Below the pieces are notes generated by a model. It did not search any database. It was not told the DNA's origin and was given only the letters and a program-made list of their open reading frames with translations. From assembly GCA_052147455.1 (NCBI GenBank), contig JBKQKO010000009.1:6699-70698 (forward strand): a stretch of DNA of 64,000 bases, given 5' to 3'. A program made the position numbers and the translations under genes. This document shows positions 10,485-19,476 of the stretch, in pieces. Numbering within the stretch: position 1 is the first letter of the stretch; each line of letters starts with the position of its first letter. Source of the DNA: Desulfobaccales bacterium (lineage in GTDB: Bacteria > Desulfobacterota > Desulfobaccia > Desulfobaccales > 0-14-0-80-60-11).

Positions 10485-10861
10485 CTGAGGGCTCCTCCAG
10501 AAAACCACAGGGCTAACCGGCCATGAGCCAGGGCGTCTTTAAAACTCCGGATAAGCCGCCGATCTCGAGCCTGGTTCAGGTGGCCACCTCCCACCCGGAA
10601 ACGCCTCTGAATTATCAACTACCATTTTTCCAGATTGGATGCAATTCCCCCGGGGACTCTTTAGCCCTCGGGTGCGGTTCATTTACCAGAAAATCTCGGG
10701 AGCCATCATCTGCCCAGCGGCTTTAGGACTTGAGAAAAGCCGGGGTAACTTTTATGATAGAATAGTCCGGCCAATTTGCCTGGGCGGAAGTTAGCGGATG
10801 GTTTCTCAGATGATCAGCGGGCCGCGGCTGCCCGTCCCGGAAACCGACCAGAGAGGAGAAC

Positions 10862-11611
10862 ATGAAAAAGATCGTGTTGCTGCGCCACGGCGAAAGTATC
10901 TGGAACCAGGAAAACCGGTTCACCGGCTGGATCGATGTGGGCCTCTCCGGGCGGGGGGTGGAGGAGGCGGTCCAGGCGGGCCGCACCCTGGCTCAAGAGG
11001 GGTTCACCTTTGAGGTGGCCTTCACCTCCATGTTGAAACGGGCCATCAAGACCCTGTGGCTGGCCCTGGAGGAGATGGACCTGATGTGGATTCCGGTGCA
11101 GCATAGCTGGCGCCTCAACGAGCGCCACTATGGCGCTTTGCAGGGCTTGAACAAGGCGGAGACCGCGGCCCGGCACGGGATGGAACAGGTGAAGATCTGG
11201 CGGCGCAGCTATGATGTGCCGCCGCCGCCCCTGAGCCCGGACGATCCCCAGTATCCCGGGCGCGACCCCCGCTATGCCGGCATGCGGCCGGAGGAAATTC
11301 CCCTCACCGAATGCCTAAAGGACGTGGTGGCTCGCTTTTTGCCCTACTGGCATGAAACCGTGGCGCCGGCGGTGGCCGCGGGGCGTCAGGTGCTGGTGGC
11401 CGCCCATGGCAATAGCTTGCGGGCCCTGGTGAAATATCTCGATGGGGTCTCGGAGGAAGAGATCGTCGGTCTCAACATTCCCACCGGCATCCCCCTGATC
11501 TATGAGCTCAACGACGACCTAACCCCGATTCGCCACTATTACCTGGGTGATCCAGAGGCAGTGGCCCGGGCCATTCAATCGGTGGCCGACCAGTTGAAAA
11601 AGAAGGCCTGA
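10862..11611 (+). CDS. gpmA: 2,3-bisphosphoglycerate-dependent phosphoglycerate mutase
   Basis: [18 protein letters not shown] (RHG catalytic motif), [21 protein letters not shown]. Confidence 0.95.
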   Translation: MKKIVLLRHGESIWNQENRFTGWIDVGLSGRGVEEAVQAGRTLAQEGFTFEVAFTSMLKRAIKTLWLALEEMDLMWIPVQHSWRLNERHYGALQGLNKAETAARHGMEQVKIWRRSYDVPPPPLSPDDPQYPGRDPRYAGMRPEEIPLTECLKDVVARFLPYWHETVAPAVAAGRQVLVAAHGNSLRALVKYLDGVSEEEIVGLNIPTGIPLIYELNDDLTPIRHYYLGDPEAVARAIQSVADQLKKKA

Positions 11612-11625
11612 GGGCGGCAGCCAAG

Positions 11626-11895
11626 CTACCGGTTCACCCGCAGCTGATAGTTTTCGATCTTGAGGCTCAGGGTCTTGGGGTTGATTCCGAGAATGCGGGC
11701 GGCGTCCTGGCGGCGGCCCTTGGTGCGGTGCAGGACGAACTGGAGGTAGCGTTTTTCCATGTCCTGCAGGGTATGGTCTTCCTCGGTAAACACCTAAAAC
11801 TCCGCCTGGCGCTGGGAAATGAAGCTGGGAAGAGGCTCCGGCTCGTCCACTACCAGAACCTGCCGGTGGTTGGCGTCACTCTCCCGCCTTTCCAC
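11626..11895 (-). pseudogene. Collapsed NtrC-type response-regulator remnant (receiver start plus Fis-type HTH end; AAA+ core missing)
   Basis: Minus strand reads VERRESDANHRQVLVVDEPEPLPSFISQRQAEF*. It is followed directly by VFTEEDHTLQDMEKRYLQFVLHRTKGRRQDAARILGINPKTLSLKIENYQLRVNR*. Confidence 0.4.
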
Positions 11896-13378
11896 CCTTC
11901 CCGCTGGCAAGGGTGGGCAGCAATACCCGGAAAAGCGTGCCCCGGCCCACTTCGCTCTCCACCTCCACCGTGCCCCGGTGCGCTTCCACCAGGCATTGGA
12001 CCAGGGACAATCCCAGGCCGGTGCCGATCACCTGGCGGGTCTTGGGATGCTTGACCCGATAAAACTTGTCGAAGATTCTGGAAAGATCTTCGGGCTCGAT
12101 GCCGATCCCGGTATCCTGCACCGCCACTTCCAGGTAGTCACCGCGGGAGACCGCGGACATGGTAACCTGGCCGCCGTCTGGGGAGTAATTGACCGCATTG
12201 TTCACCAGGTTGGTAAAGACCTCCTCCATGCTGCGCCGGTCGGCCAGGATCTGCTCTATCTCAGCCGGCAGTTCCAGTTGCAGCCTCACGTGCTGCCCTT
12301 CCGCCTTGGCCCGCATCAGTTCCACCACCTCTTGCAATACCTCCCCCAACTGTAAGGGCACCTGCTCCAACTGTCCCCGGCCGGCCTCCATCCGGGCCAG
12401 GTCTAAGAGGTCATTGATGAGGTCCAGCAGCCCCTGGATCTTGGCCTGGGCCCGGTTGAGCAATTCCGCCTGCTTGGGGCTCAGCTCCCCGGCCAGGCCG
12501 TCCAGGATCACCGCATGTTGTTGTTTGATGGCCGCCAGGGGGGCGCGCAACTCGTGGGAGACCATGCGCACGAAGTCGTTCTTCATCTCGTCCAGCTCTT
12601 TGAAACTGGTGACGTCGTGAAAAACCGTGACCGTCCCCAACACCTGCTGATCCGGCCCCAAAAAGGGCGCCGACAGGGCTCGCAGATGCACCCGGCCCTG
12701 GTTCAGCTCCTGGGAGATGGCCTTTGTGGGATTGCCGGGTAGCTCCGCCAGCAGTTCTTGGATGGCTTCCCGGAAGGAGGCCGCGGCGATATAGGCGTCC
12801 AGGGGTCCGGGCTGGGGCGGCGGGGTCGACAGACCCAGGAGCTGTAGGAGGCAGTTATTGTGCAAGACCACCTCCGCCTCCTTGTTGGTTACCAGCACTC
12901 CGTCGGCCATGCAGTTGACTACGGCGTGCATGCGGCTCTGCTCCAAGGCCAGGTTGTCCAGGTTGCGGGCCTGCTCCTCTTGCAGGAGGCGGGTCTGCTC
13001 CTGCAATTGGTGCTTCTCCAGGGCCCGCCGCACCACCAGGGCGAGGTGATCGATGCTGAAGGGCTTGGTGACAAAATCGTAGGCCCCCTTCTTCATGCAT
13101 TCCACCGCATCGGCCACCGTACCCAGACCGGTCATGATGACCACCGGAATCTCGGGGTAGCGGACGCCGGCCTCCTCCAAGACCTCCAGGGCCCCCATCA
13201 CCGGCATCTTCAGGTCGCAGAGGATCACCTGCACCGACTCGGTGGCTAACTGCTCCAAGGCGTCCTGGCCGTTAACCGCGGTGATCACCCGGAAGCCCTC
13301 GCCGGTTAAGACCAGCCTGCAGCCCTGGCGCAGCACCTCTTCGTCATCCACCACTAAGATTGTATCCTGCTGCGGCAT
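11876..13378 (-). CDS. Hybrid receiver-PAS-histidine kinase
   Basis: ILVVDDEE...ILCDLKMP receiver, H-box MVSHELRAPL, N/G boxes NLVNNAVNYS and DTGIGI...GTGLGLS. Start at MPQQD behind AAGGGGTAGG. Confidence 0.85.
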   Translation of the reverse strand: MPQQDTILVVDDEEVLRQGCRLVLTGEGFRVITAVNGQDALEQLATESVQVILCDLKMPVMGALEVLEEAGVRYPEIPVVIMTGLGTVADAVECMKKGAYDFVTKPFSIDHLALVVRRALEKHQLQEQTRLLQEEQARNLDNLALEQSRMHAVVNCMADGVLVTNKEAEVVLHNNCLLQLLGLSTPPPQPGPLDAYIAAASFREAIQELLAELPGNPTKAISQELNQGRVHLRALSAPFLGPDQQVLGTVTVFHDVTSFKELDEMKNDFVRMVSHELRAPLAAIKQQHAVILDGLAGELSPKQAELLNRAQAKIQGLLDLINDLLDLARMEAGRGQLEQVPLQLGEVLQEVVELMRAKAEGQHVRLQLELPAEIEQILADRRSMEEVFTNLVNNAVNYSPDGGQVTMSAVSRGDYLEVAVQDTGIGIEPEDLSRIFDKFYRVKHPKTRQVIGTGLGLSLVQCLVEAHRGTVEVESEVGRGTLFRVLLPTLASGKGGKAGE

Positions 13379-13460
13379 GAACCTACCCCTTATAAAACGT
13401 CCGCTCAGCAACCCGCCGTTGGCCCTGCCCAGGAGCCCAGGGTTTACTGCTGTTTAGCGC

Positions 13461-15779
13461 TCACCCTTCCGACTCCAGGCCAGGCCCTGGTTCCTTGAAT
13501 TCCAAAGGAAGGGTCACGGTGAAAGTGGTGCCGCCCCCCGGGGGACTGTCTGCCTTGATAGTGCCGCCGTGCCGCTGAATGACCCCGTAGACAATGGACA
13601 ATCCCAGCCCCGTACCCTTACCCGGCGGTTTGGTGGTGAAAAAGGGGTCGAAGATCTTGTCCCGGACCTCCGGCGGGATGCCGCAGCCGGTGTCGGTGAA
13701 CCGCAGCTCCACTCCCTTCGCCCCCCGGGTGGGATGGCTGCTGACGCTGATGGTCCCGGAGCCGTTCATGGCATCCGCGGCGTTGAGGAGCAGGTTGGTA
13801 AAGACCTGCTGGATCTGGCCCGGGTCGCCGATGATTTGCGGCAGCCTCGGGTCCAGTTCCTGCTGGATCTTGATATTGTGGAAAAATGCCTGGTGGCGGA
13901 CCAGGTCGACGCAGTTGCGGAAGACCTCGTTGAGGTCGAAAAGCCGCTTTTGACCCAGGGAATGACGGCTGAAGTCCAGCAGGCGATTGACGATCTGCTG
14001 GCAGCGCATGGTCTGGTTGATAACGACCTCGATATTCTCCCGCAGAGAAGGGTGCTGTTCCAGTTCCCGGGCCAGCAATTCCGCATAGATAAGAATTCCG
14101 GCCAGGGGGTTGTTGATTTCGTGGGCCACCCCCGCGGCCATCCTTCCCAGGGAGGCGATCTTTTCCGCCTGCACCAGCTGGCGGTGGGTGGCCTCCAGTT
14201 CCTTATGTACCTTCAAGATTTCCCGCAGGTCGGAAAAGATGCCGACACTCCCCACCTCCTGGCCCCGTTCCCGGATGATGGTGGCGGAGAAGTTCACCGG
14301 CACCTCCTCGCCGTTCTTGTTGATTAAGGTGAGCTGGGTAGTATTCAGTTTGTCCGGCGGGCCGTATTCGTCGCTACGCATCCGCGCCATCATCTCCGCG
14401 GCCAGATGGGGGGGGTAAAAGCGGCGGAAGTTCTCAGGATTGCCAATGATCTCTTCGGCCTTATAGCCCAGGATACGTTCGGCCCCTTCGTTGAAGATGA
14501 TGGGGACCCCTTTGGTGTCCACCACCACGATGCCGTCCACGGAACTGCGGATCAGGTTATGGAGAAAGACGTTGGTCTTTTGTAGTTCCCGTTCGATCTG
14601 AATTCGCTCGGTGAGATCCCGCAGGTAAAGGCAGGTGAGGATCTTGGCGCCCAGCCGGGAGGCAGTCATGCAGGTTTCAAAGATCATGGACTCTTCCTCT
14701 TCCTGGCGCGGCAGGTTCAGAAGGCTGCAAAAACGGTACTCCCGCTCCTGGCCCAGGTCCAGAAGGTGAGCCAGCTCCAGGGCCATGTGCAGATGCTGGG
14801 AAGTGAGGACCTCGCCCAGGTGTTTGCCCAGCAACTCTTCCTTGGGCCGGCGGAGAATTTCCGCCATCCGGGAATTAACGTAGACCAGGCGCTGATTCTC
14901 ATCCGCCATCAACAGGCCTTCCTGGCTTTGCTCGGTGAGGAGATCGAGTTTGGCTTCGGCTTCCACAATATGGGAGATGTCCCGGATTGCCTCGAAGCCG
15001 CCGATGATCTTGCCTGAAGGGTCGGTGATGATGGAGGCCGAGACCGTCACCGGGATCTCCTGGCCGTGGCGATTCCTAATTACTCGCCGCAAACCAGAAA
15101 GGGGCTTCTTTTGTTCCATGACTTGCTTGATGATGCAGTCGCAGGTGCCGCACTGCCTGCTGTTCAACACCTGGCCGCAGGTCATGCGGCCCACCGCTTC
15201 CTCGCGGGAGTAGCCGGTGAGCCGCTCCAGGCGGTCATTCATATGGGTCAGCACCAGGTCCTGGTCCACCATAAAGAAAGGCATGGGGAAGTTATCCAGG
15301 ATGCTGGCCAGGGTGGCGATTTGCAGTTGCACCGCCGGATGCGCCAATAGTTCCTCTTGCCCCCGGAGTACCACCAGGCATCCTGCGGATTCCTTCTTGG
15401 GGCCTTTGATGGGGGTGGCGGTAACCGTGAGGGGGGTGGTGCTGGCCCAGCCCGCCTTTAACAGGATGGGGGCGCCCTGCAGGGCCTCGCCATCCCTGGG
15501 ACAGCGAGCCCGGCGCGCCGTGGGGTCGGCGCTCAGTGACAGGCCGGTTAGTTGGGAGCAGATGGGGCAGGGGTCTCCCAACCGCAGGGTGGCGCCGAAA
15601 AGCTTTGCCGCCGCCCGGTTTAAAAAGACCACCCGGCGGTGGCGGTCGGCGATCAAGACCGGATCGGGGAAATCCATCAACAGCGGGGCGCAGGCCTCAC
15701 CCAGGGCCGAGGCGTCGCTGGCCAACCGGGGGTGGCGATTCCCGGCCGCTTTGGGGGCCTTCTCCTGTTTCATCCTCAT
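13461..15779 (-). CDS. Multi-PAS sensor histidine kinase
   Basis: H-box [13 protein letters not shown] box [11 protein letters not shown] boxes DTGCGI and GTGLGLS, plus N-terminal PAS repeats. Confidence 0.85.
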   Translation of the reverse strand: MRMKQEKAPKAAGNRHPRLASDASALGEACAPLLMDFPDPVLIADRHRRVVFLNRAAAKLFGATLRLGDPCPICSQLTGLSLSADPTARRARCPRDGEALQGAPILLKAGWASTTPLTVTATPIKGPKKESAGCLVVLRGQEELLAHPAVQLQIATLASILDNFPMPFFMVDQDLVLTHMNDRLERLTGYSREEAVGRMTCGQVLNSRQCGTCDCIIKQVMEQKKPLSGLRRVIRNRHGQEIPVTVSASIITDPSGKIIGGFEAIRDISHIVEAEAKLDLLTEQSQEGLLMADENQRLVYVNSRMAEILRRPKEELLGKHLGEVLTSQHLHMALELAHLLDLGQEREYRFCSLLNLPRQEEEESMIFETCMTASRLGAKILTCLYLRDLTERIQIERELQKTNVFLHNLIRSSVDGIVVVDTKGVPIIFNEGAERILGYKAEEIIGNPENFRRFYPPHLAAEMMARMRSDEYGPPDKLNTTQLTLINKNGEEVPVNFSATIIRERGQEVGSVGIFSDLREILKVHKELEATHRQLVQAEKIASLGRMAAGVAHEINNPLAGILIYAELLARELEQHPSLRENIEVVINQTMRCQQIVNRLLDFSRHSLGQKRLFDLNEVFRNCVDLVRHQAFFHNIKIQQELDPRLPQIIGDPGQIQQVFTNLLLNAADAMNGSGTISVSSHPTRGAKGVELRFTDTGCGIPPEVRDKIFDPFFTTKPPGKGTGLGLSIVYGVIQRHGGTIKADSPPGGGTTFTVTLPLEFKEPGPGLESEG

Positions 15780-16840
15780 GCCCCGGACCTCGCGGCAGGC
15801 GGCGTCGGGACCTCCACCGGCGCGGCGAAGGTTTGGCCCAGGACCAGTTGCGCCGCGGCCAGTTCGTGTTGCCGGATGATGAGGGAGATGCTGGAAATGG
15901 TGCAGCTGAGGGCCAACAGCGAGATGTGGGCCTTCTCCAGAGCCACCGTCAGGGTCCTGGCGATACCGAAGCGGTCACCGAAGTGGGGGCCGTGCAGGAA
16001 GATGCCGGCCACCGGGGTGAGGCGCATGGGCCGGAGGCCGGGCAGGCGCTTCTTCAGGATGCGGCGGATATCGGGGCCGCGCTCCCCTCCGGGCTGGGGG
16101 GCATAGGTGCTGAAAGACAGGAGGAACTCCTTGCCCCCCAATCCGGGGAGGGCCACCAGAAAGGGAATTTGCAACCCCAGGCTTCCCAGGTCCAGGAGGG
16201 CGTCGGCAAAGCCAGCCAGGATGTCCGTAGAGGAGATGATTAGACCCCAAAGGTCCAGATCCGGCTGGGGCAGGATCCAATAGACCTTGGTGACCTTTTC
16301 CTGATAGCTGGCCACCGCCTGGCGCAGCAGTTCCTCCGGGTGGCTCTGGGCCGCAAAGAATTCCTGGGGCGACGAGAAGGCCGGGAACTGGAAATTATCG
16401 AACAACCGGTTCACCGCGGCCTTGACTCTCCCGGAGGGCAACACCACAGAGATCGCCGCCGGTGAACTGCCCAGGCCGTGGACCATTACCCTGGCCTGGG
16501 CCAGGCTGAGGATGAAATTGCCGATGATCTCCGGGCGTTTGTCGTGGGGGTAGAGGGAGAGAATGGCGGTGCCGGGCTGCAAATGCACCGCCGCCTCCGG
16601 ACCGGCCTGGGTCCTTAACAGGGCAAAGGCAGCTTCCCCGGACTGGCTCGCGGTGCACAAGACTTCGCGATCGCTGGCCATGTGGGCAAGGAAGCTGAGG
16701 TTGATGCGGTTAAGGGCCAATGGGGTACAGACCCGCTCGGCGAGGCGACCCTCATCTTGAGGGAAGGAAGCTACCAGGCAGGCTCCCCCCTCCAGGACTT
16801 TAAGACCCCCAACACTGCTTCTTTCTGGTTTCCGCTCCAA
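15776..16840 (-). CDS. Conserved hypothetical protein, possibly ACT-domain-like
   Basis: LHGPHFGDRFGIARTLTVALEKAHISLLALSCTISSISLII resembles ACT-type small-ligand domains. Its stop overlaps the start of the downstream kinase gene. Confidence 0.35.
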   Translation of the reverse strand: MERKPERSSVGGLKVLEGGACLVASFPQDEGRLAERVCTPLALNRINLSFLAHMASDREVLCTASQSGEAAFALLRTQAGPEAAVHLQPGTAILSLYPHDKRPEIIGNFILSLAQARVMVHGLGSSPAAISVVLPSGRVKAAVNRLFDNFQFPAFSSPQEFFAAQSHPEELLRQAVASYQEKVTKVYWILPQPDLDLWGLIISSTDILAGFADALLDLGSLGLQIPFLVALPGLGGKEFLLSFSTYAPQPGGERGPDIRRILKKRLPGLRPMRLTPVAGIFLHGPHFGDRFGIARTLTVALEKAHISLLALSCTISSISLIIRQHELAAAQLVLGQTFAAPVEVPTPPAARSGA

Positions 16841-16879
16841 GGTTAGTCAGGCGCATGGCGTCATGCTATCAAGAAACCG

Positions 16880-17260
16880 TCAAATCAATCTTAGCACCGC
16901 TTCCACCAGGGTAACCGCGTCCACCGGCTTGGGGATGAAGTCCTCGGCTTCCATGGCCATGCCTTCGGCATGGCTGTAAGTGGTGTTGGGCACTGCGTCG
17001 CCCACCGCGGTGAGCATGATGATGGGAATGTCCTCGGTCCACTTGTTGGACTTCAATTCCTTGCAAAGCTGGTAGCCGTTCTTGCGGGGCATCATGACGT
17101 CCAGGATCAACACGTCGGGACGGCGTTTCTTGATGGCCGCTTCGCCTTCCAGGCCATCGTAAGCCTTGCCCACCTCAAAACCCTTGCCCTCCAACATCAT
17201 CGCTACGGTTTCCACCAGATCAGGATCATCGTCCACGATCAGCACGTACTTTCCAGCCAT
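16880..17260 (-). CDS. Single-domain response regulator (CheY-like receiver)
   Basis: YVLIVDDDPD, LILDVMMP (phospho-acceptor Asp), IIMLTA, FIPKP. Confidence 0.85.
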   Translation of the reverse strand: MAGKYVLIVDDDPDLVETVAMMLEGKGFEVGKAYDGLEGEAAIKKRRPDVLILDVMMPRKNGYQLCKELKSNKWTEDIPIIMLTAVGDAVPNTTYSHAEGMAMEAEDFIPKPVDAVTLVEAVLRLI

Positions 17261-17369
17261 GAGGCCTCCCCTTTCTAAGTGATCGTCCTCATTATGGACT
17301 TAAAGTTTATAAATTACAAGGCAGATTAGACCGGTGGGCTTCCTCCGGAATAAATTGCCTCTCCCGCGG

Positions 17370-18314
17370 CTAACTGCCGCCGCCCATCCGGGGCCGGGGG
17401 TAGAGGCCGACGCGTTCCACGATTTCCGGCACCTTCTCTTCCCATTCGATGGCCATCAGGTGGAAGCCGCGAATCCCCGGCACGCCCTTCAATTCCTCGA
17501 CCTGCTCCACCGCCAGGTTGATACCCTCCTCCGCCTGTTTCTCCTTGGGGACACCCGCCAGGCGCTTGACCACCTCATCGGGGACATCCATTCCCGGCAC
17601 TCGTTTTTGCATGTATTTGGCCATGCCCACGTTCTTCATAGGGGTGATCCCCGCCAGGACCGCCACTTTTCCGGTGAGGCCCCGGTCCCCGGCGATCTTC
17701 ATGAATTCTTTGAACTTGTCCAGGTTGTAAACACACTGGGTCTGGACGAACTGGACCCCGGCGGCTGCCTTCTTGCCCATGCGGATCACCCGCATGAAGA
17801 CATTGGGGCCGGCGAAGGGGTTGACCGCGGCGCCGATGAACATCTGGGGCCGCACTTCGAATTGATAGCCTCCCAGGAGCCGCCCCTCGTCCCGCATCGT
17901 CCTCGCCGCCATGGCCAGTTGGGCGGAATCCAGGTCAAAGACGTTGGCGCAACTGGCGTGGTCGCCGAAGTGCTGGTGGTCGCCGGTGAGGCAGAGGAGA
18001 TTATGGATCCCGAAGGACGCGGCCCCCAGGATGTCGCTTTGCAGGGCGATGCGATTCCGGTCCCGGGTAGTCATCTGCAGAATGGGCTCCAGACCCATGA
18101 GCTTGATGCGGATGCAGCAGGCCAGAGAGCACATGCGGCACACCGAGGTCTGATTGTCGGTGACGTTGATGGCGTCCACATGGTCCTTGATCAGCTTGGC
18201 CTTATGTTCGATCACCTCACCGTCGGCGCTGCGGGGTGGACCCACTTCGGAGGTGACGGCCAACTGGCCGGAGGCGATGATCTGCTGGAGTTTGCTGGGA
18301 GTAGTGGCGCTCAT
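17370..18314 (-). CDS. metF: Methylenetetrahydrofolate reductase, MetF subunit
   Basis: MTHFR-family pattern TSEVGPPRSAD...INVTDNQTS...QMTTRDRNRIALQSDILGA...LCLTGDH. Confidence 0.85.
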   Translation of the reverse strand: MSATTPSKLQQIIASGQLAVTSEVGPPRSADGEVIEHKAKLIKDHVDAINVTDNQTSVCRMCSLACCIRIKLMGLEPILQMTTRDRNRIALQSDILGAASFGIHNLLCLTGDHQHFGDHASCANVFDLDSAQLAMAARTMRDEGRLLGGYQFEVRPQMFIGAAVNPFAGPNVFMRVIRMGKKAAAGVQFVQTQCVYNLDKFKEFMKIAGDRGLTGKVAVLAGITPMKNVGMAKYMQKRVPGMDVPDEVVKRLAGVPKEKQAEEGINLAVEQVEELKGVPGIRGFHLMAIEWEEKVPEIVERVGLYPRPRMGGGS

Positions 18315-18979
18315 ATCCGTAGGTCCTCTCTGACGATCTTGCGAGGGCCACCGTCCCGGGAGGTAGTCCAGTCTTTGGGTTCCACGAGTTTTTCAAAGCG
18401 GTCCAGTTGCCCCAGGGTCTTTAAGCGCTCGTAAATCAGCTCCCAGCCGCAAGGGATGTCCGGGTTGATCTCGCACTTGCCCTTGTCGGAACCGCCACAG
18501 GGGCCGTTGAGCATGCGCTTGGAACAGCGGGTGATGGGACAGATGCCACCGGTCTCGGCCAGGATGCAGCGGCCGCAAGCCTGGCAGCGTTCGGAGTAAA
18601 GCCCCCGCTCCTCGTTGACCCCCAGAAAACAGGTATCCACCCCGGGGAAGACTGGCTTGTGATTATACATTTCCGCCAGGTATTGGGCCCCGACCCCGCA
18701 GGCCAGGGAGACCGCGGCGTCGTAGCCTTCCATGCGGTCGTTGAGCTGCGCCAGGTATTCCTTTTCACACTGGCGGGTGAGGCTGGTCTCATCCACCTGG
18801 ACCTCCTTGCCTGCCTGGGTGAAATATAGTCTGAGGGCCGCGGCCAGAATCTTCACTTCCTTCAGGCCGCCGGCTTCGCACACGGTGACGCAGCCGTCGC
18901 AGCCGGCAATGAGCAATTTATTGAAATCCTTGACGTTATCGATAATTTCCTCTAACGGCTTGGGTTTTGCCTTGATCAT
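18311..18979 (-). CDS. metV: MetV-type Cys-rich small subunit (MTHFR C-terminal-domain protein)
   Basis: Cys-rich: IAGCDGCVTVCEAGG, CQACGRCILAETGGICPITRCSKRMLNGPCGG. Translationally coupled to metF and mvhD (4-nt overlaps). Confidence 0.7.
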   Translation of the reverse strand: MIKAKPKPLEEIIDNVKDFNKLLIAGCDGCVTVCEAGGLKEVKILAAALRLYFTQAGKEVQVDETSLTRQCEKEYLAQLNDRMEGYDAAVSLACGVGAQYLAEMYNHKPVFPGVDTCFLGVNEERGLYSERCQACGRCILAETGGICPITRCSKRMLNGPCGGSDKGKCEINPDIPCGWELIYERLKTLGQLDRFEKLVEPKDWTTSRDGGPRKIVREDLRI

Positions 18980-19434
18980 GTGGTTACCTCCCCGGCCTCT
19001 CTGACCATCTTGCCATTTCCCCTGGCGTGGCGAATAGGGCTTGGACCCAGTTCCAGGATTTTATTGGTCATCTCTATGACAATCTCGGCGAACCTTCCCC
19101 CCATGCCGGAGGAGAGGTTGTACATCGCCACCCGCTCGGCGCCCAGGCCCACCGTGTCCAGGATCTCCTTGGCCCGTTTCACCCGGGTCTTGGCGTACAA
19201 ATTGCCCCCCATATAATGGCAGTCCCCTTCCATGCAGCCCACCACGATGACCCCGTCGGCCCCAAGTTCAAAGGCCTGGAGCAGGTGGAGGATATCCACC
19301 TTGCCGGTGCAGGGGACCTCGATGATCCGGAGGCTGGGCGGATATTGCAGTCGCATCGAACCTGCCAGGTCCGCAGCGGAATAGGCTCAGTAATGGCAAC
19401 AGAACCCGACGATCTTCGGCTCAAAATTCTCCAT
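18976..19434 (-). CDS. mvhD: MvhD/FlpD-type hydrogenase iron-sulfur subunit with in-frame UGA (probable selenoprotein)
   Basis: The tracked ORF starts at MRLQYPPSLRIIEVPCTGKVD. The same frame upstream reads MENFEPKIVGFCCHY-TGA-AYSAADLAGS from ATG 19434, behind AGGAGG. This recovers the conserved FCCxxC N-terminus. Confidence 0.7.
19387..19389 (-). other. In-frame UGA codon 16 of mvhD (candidate selenocysteine)
   Basis: The UGA aligns with the third Cys of the canonical FCCNWCSY motif of MvhD/VhuD proteins. Confidence 0.6.
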
Positions 19435-19476
19435 CAGGCCCTCCTGGGAGTCAGTGTTCTTTCCGGAACCGGAACT

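Noticed and set aside
19340-19386. A bacterial SECIS hairpin downstream of the mvhD UGA
   Set aside because: I found only short stems (ccgc-u-gcgg, accug-g-caggu) by eye and could not identify a convincing SECIS. I therefore report the Sec codon as probable, not proven.
19179-19424. An 81-aa alternative-frame ORF overlapping the mvhD 5' region
   Set aside because: Its translation is Arg/Ser/Pro-rich with no motif. The mvhD frame with UGA read-through recovers a conserved N-terminus and a strong Shine-Dalgarno sequence.
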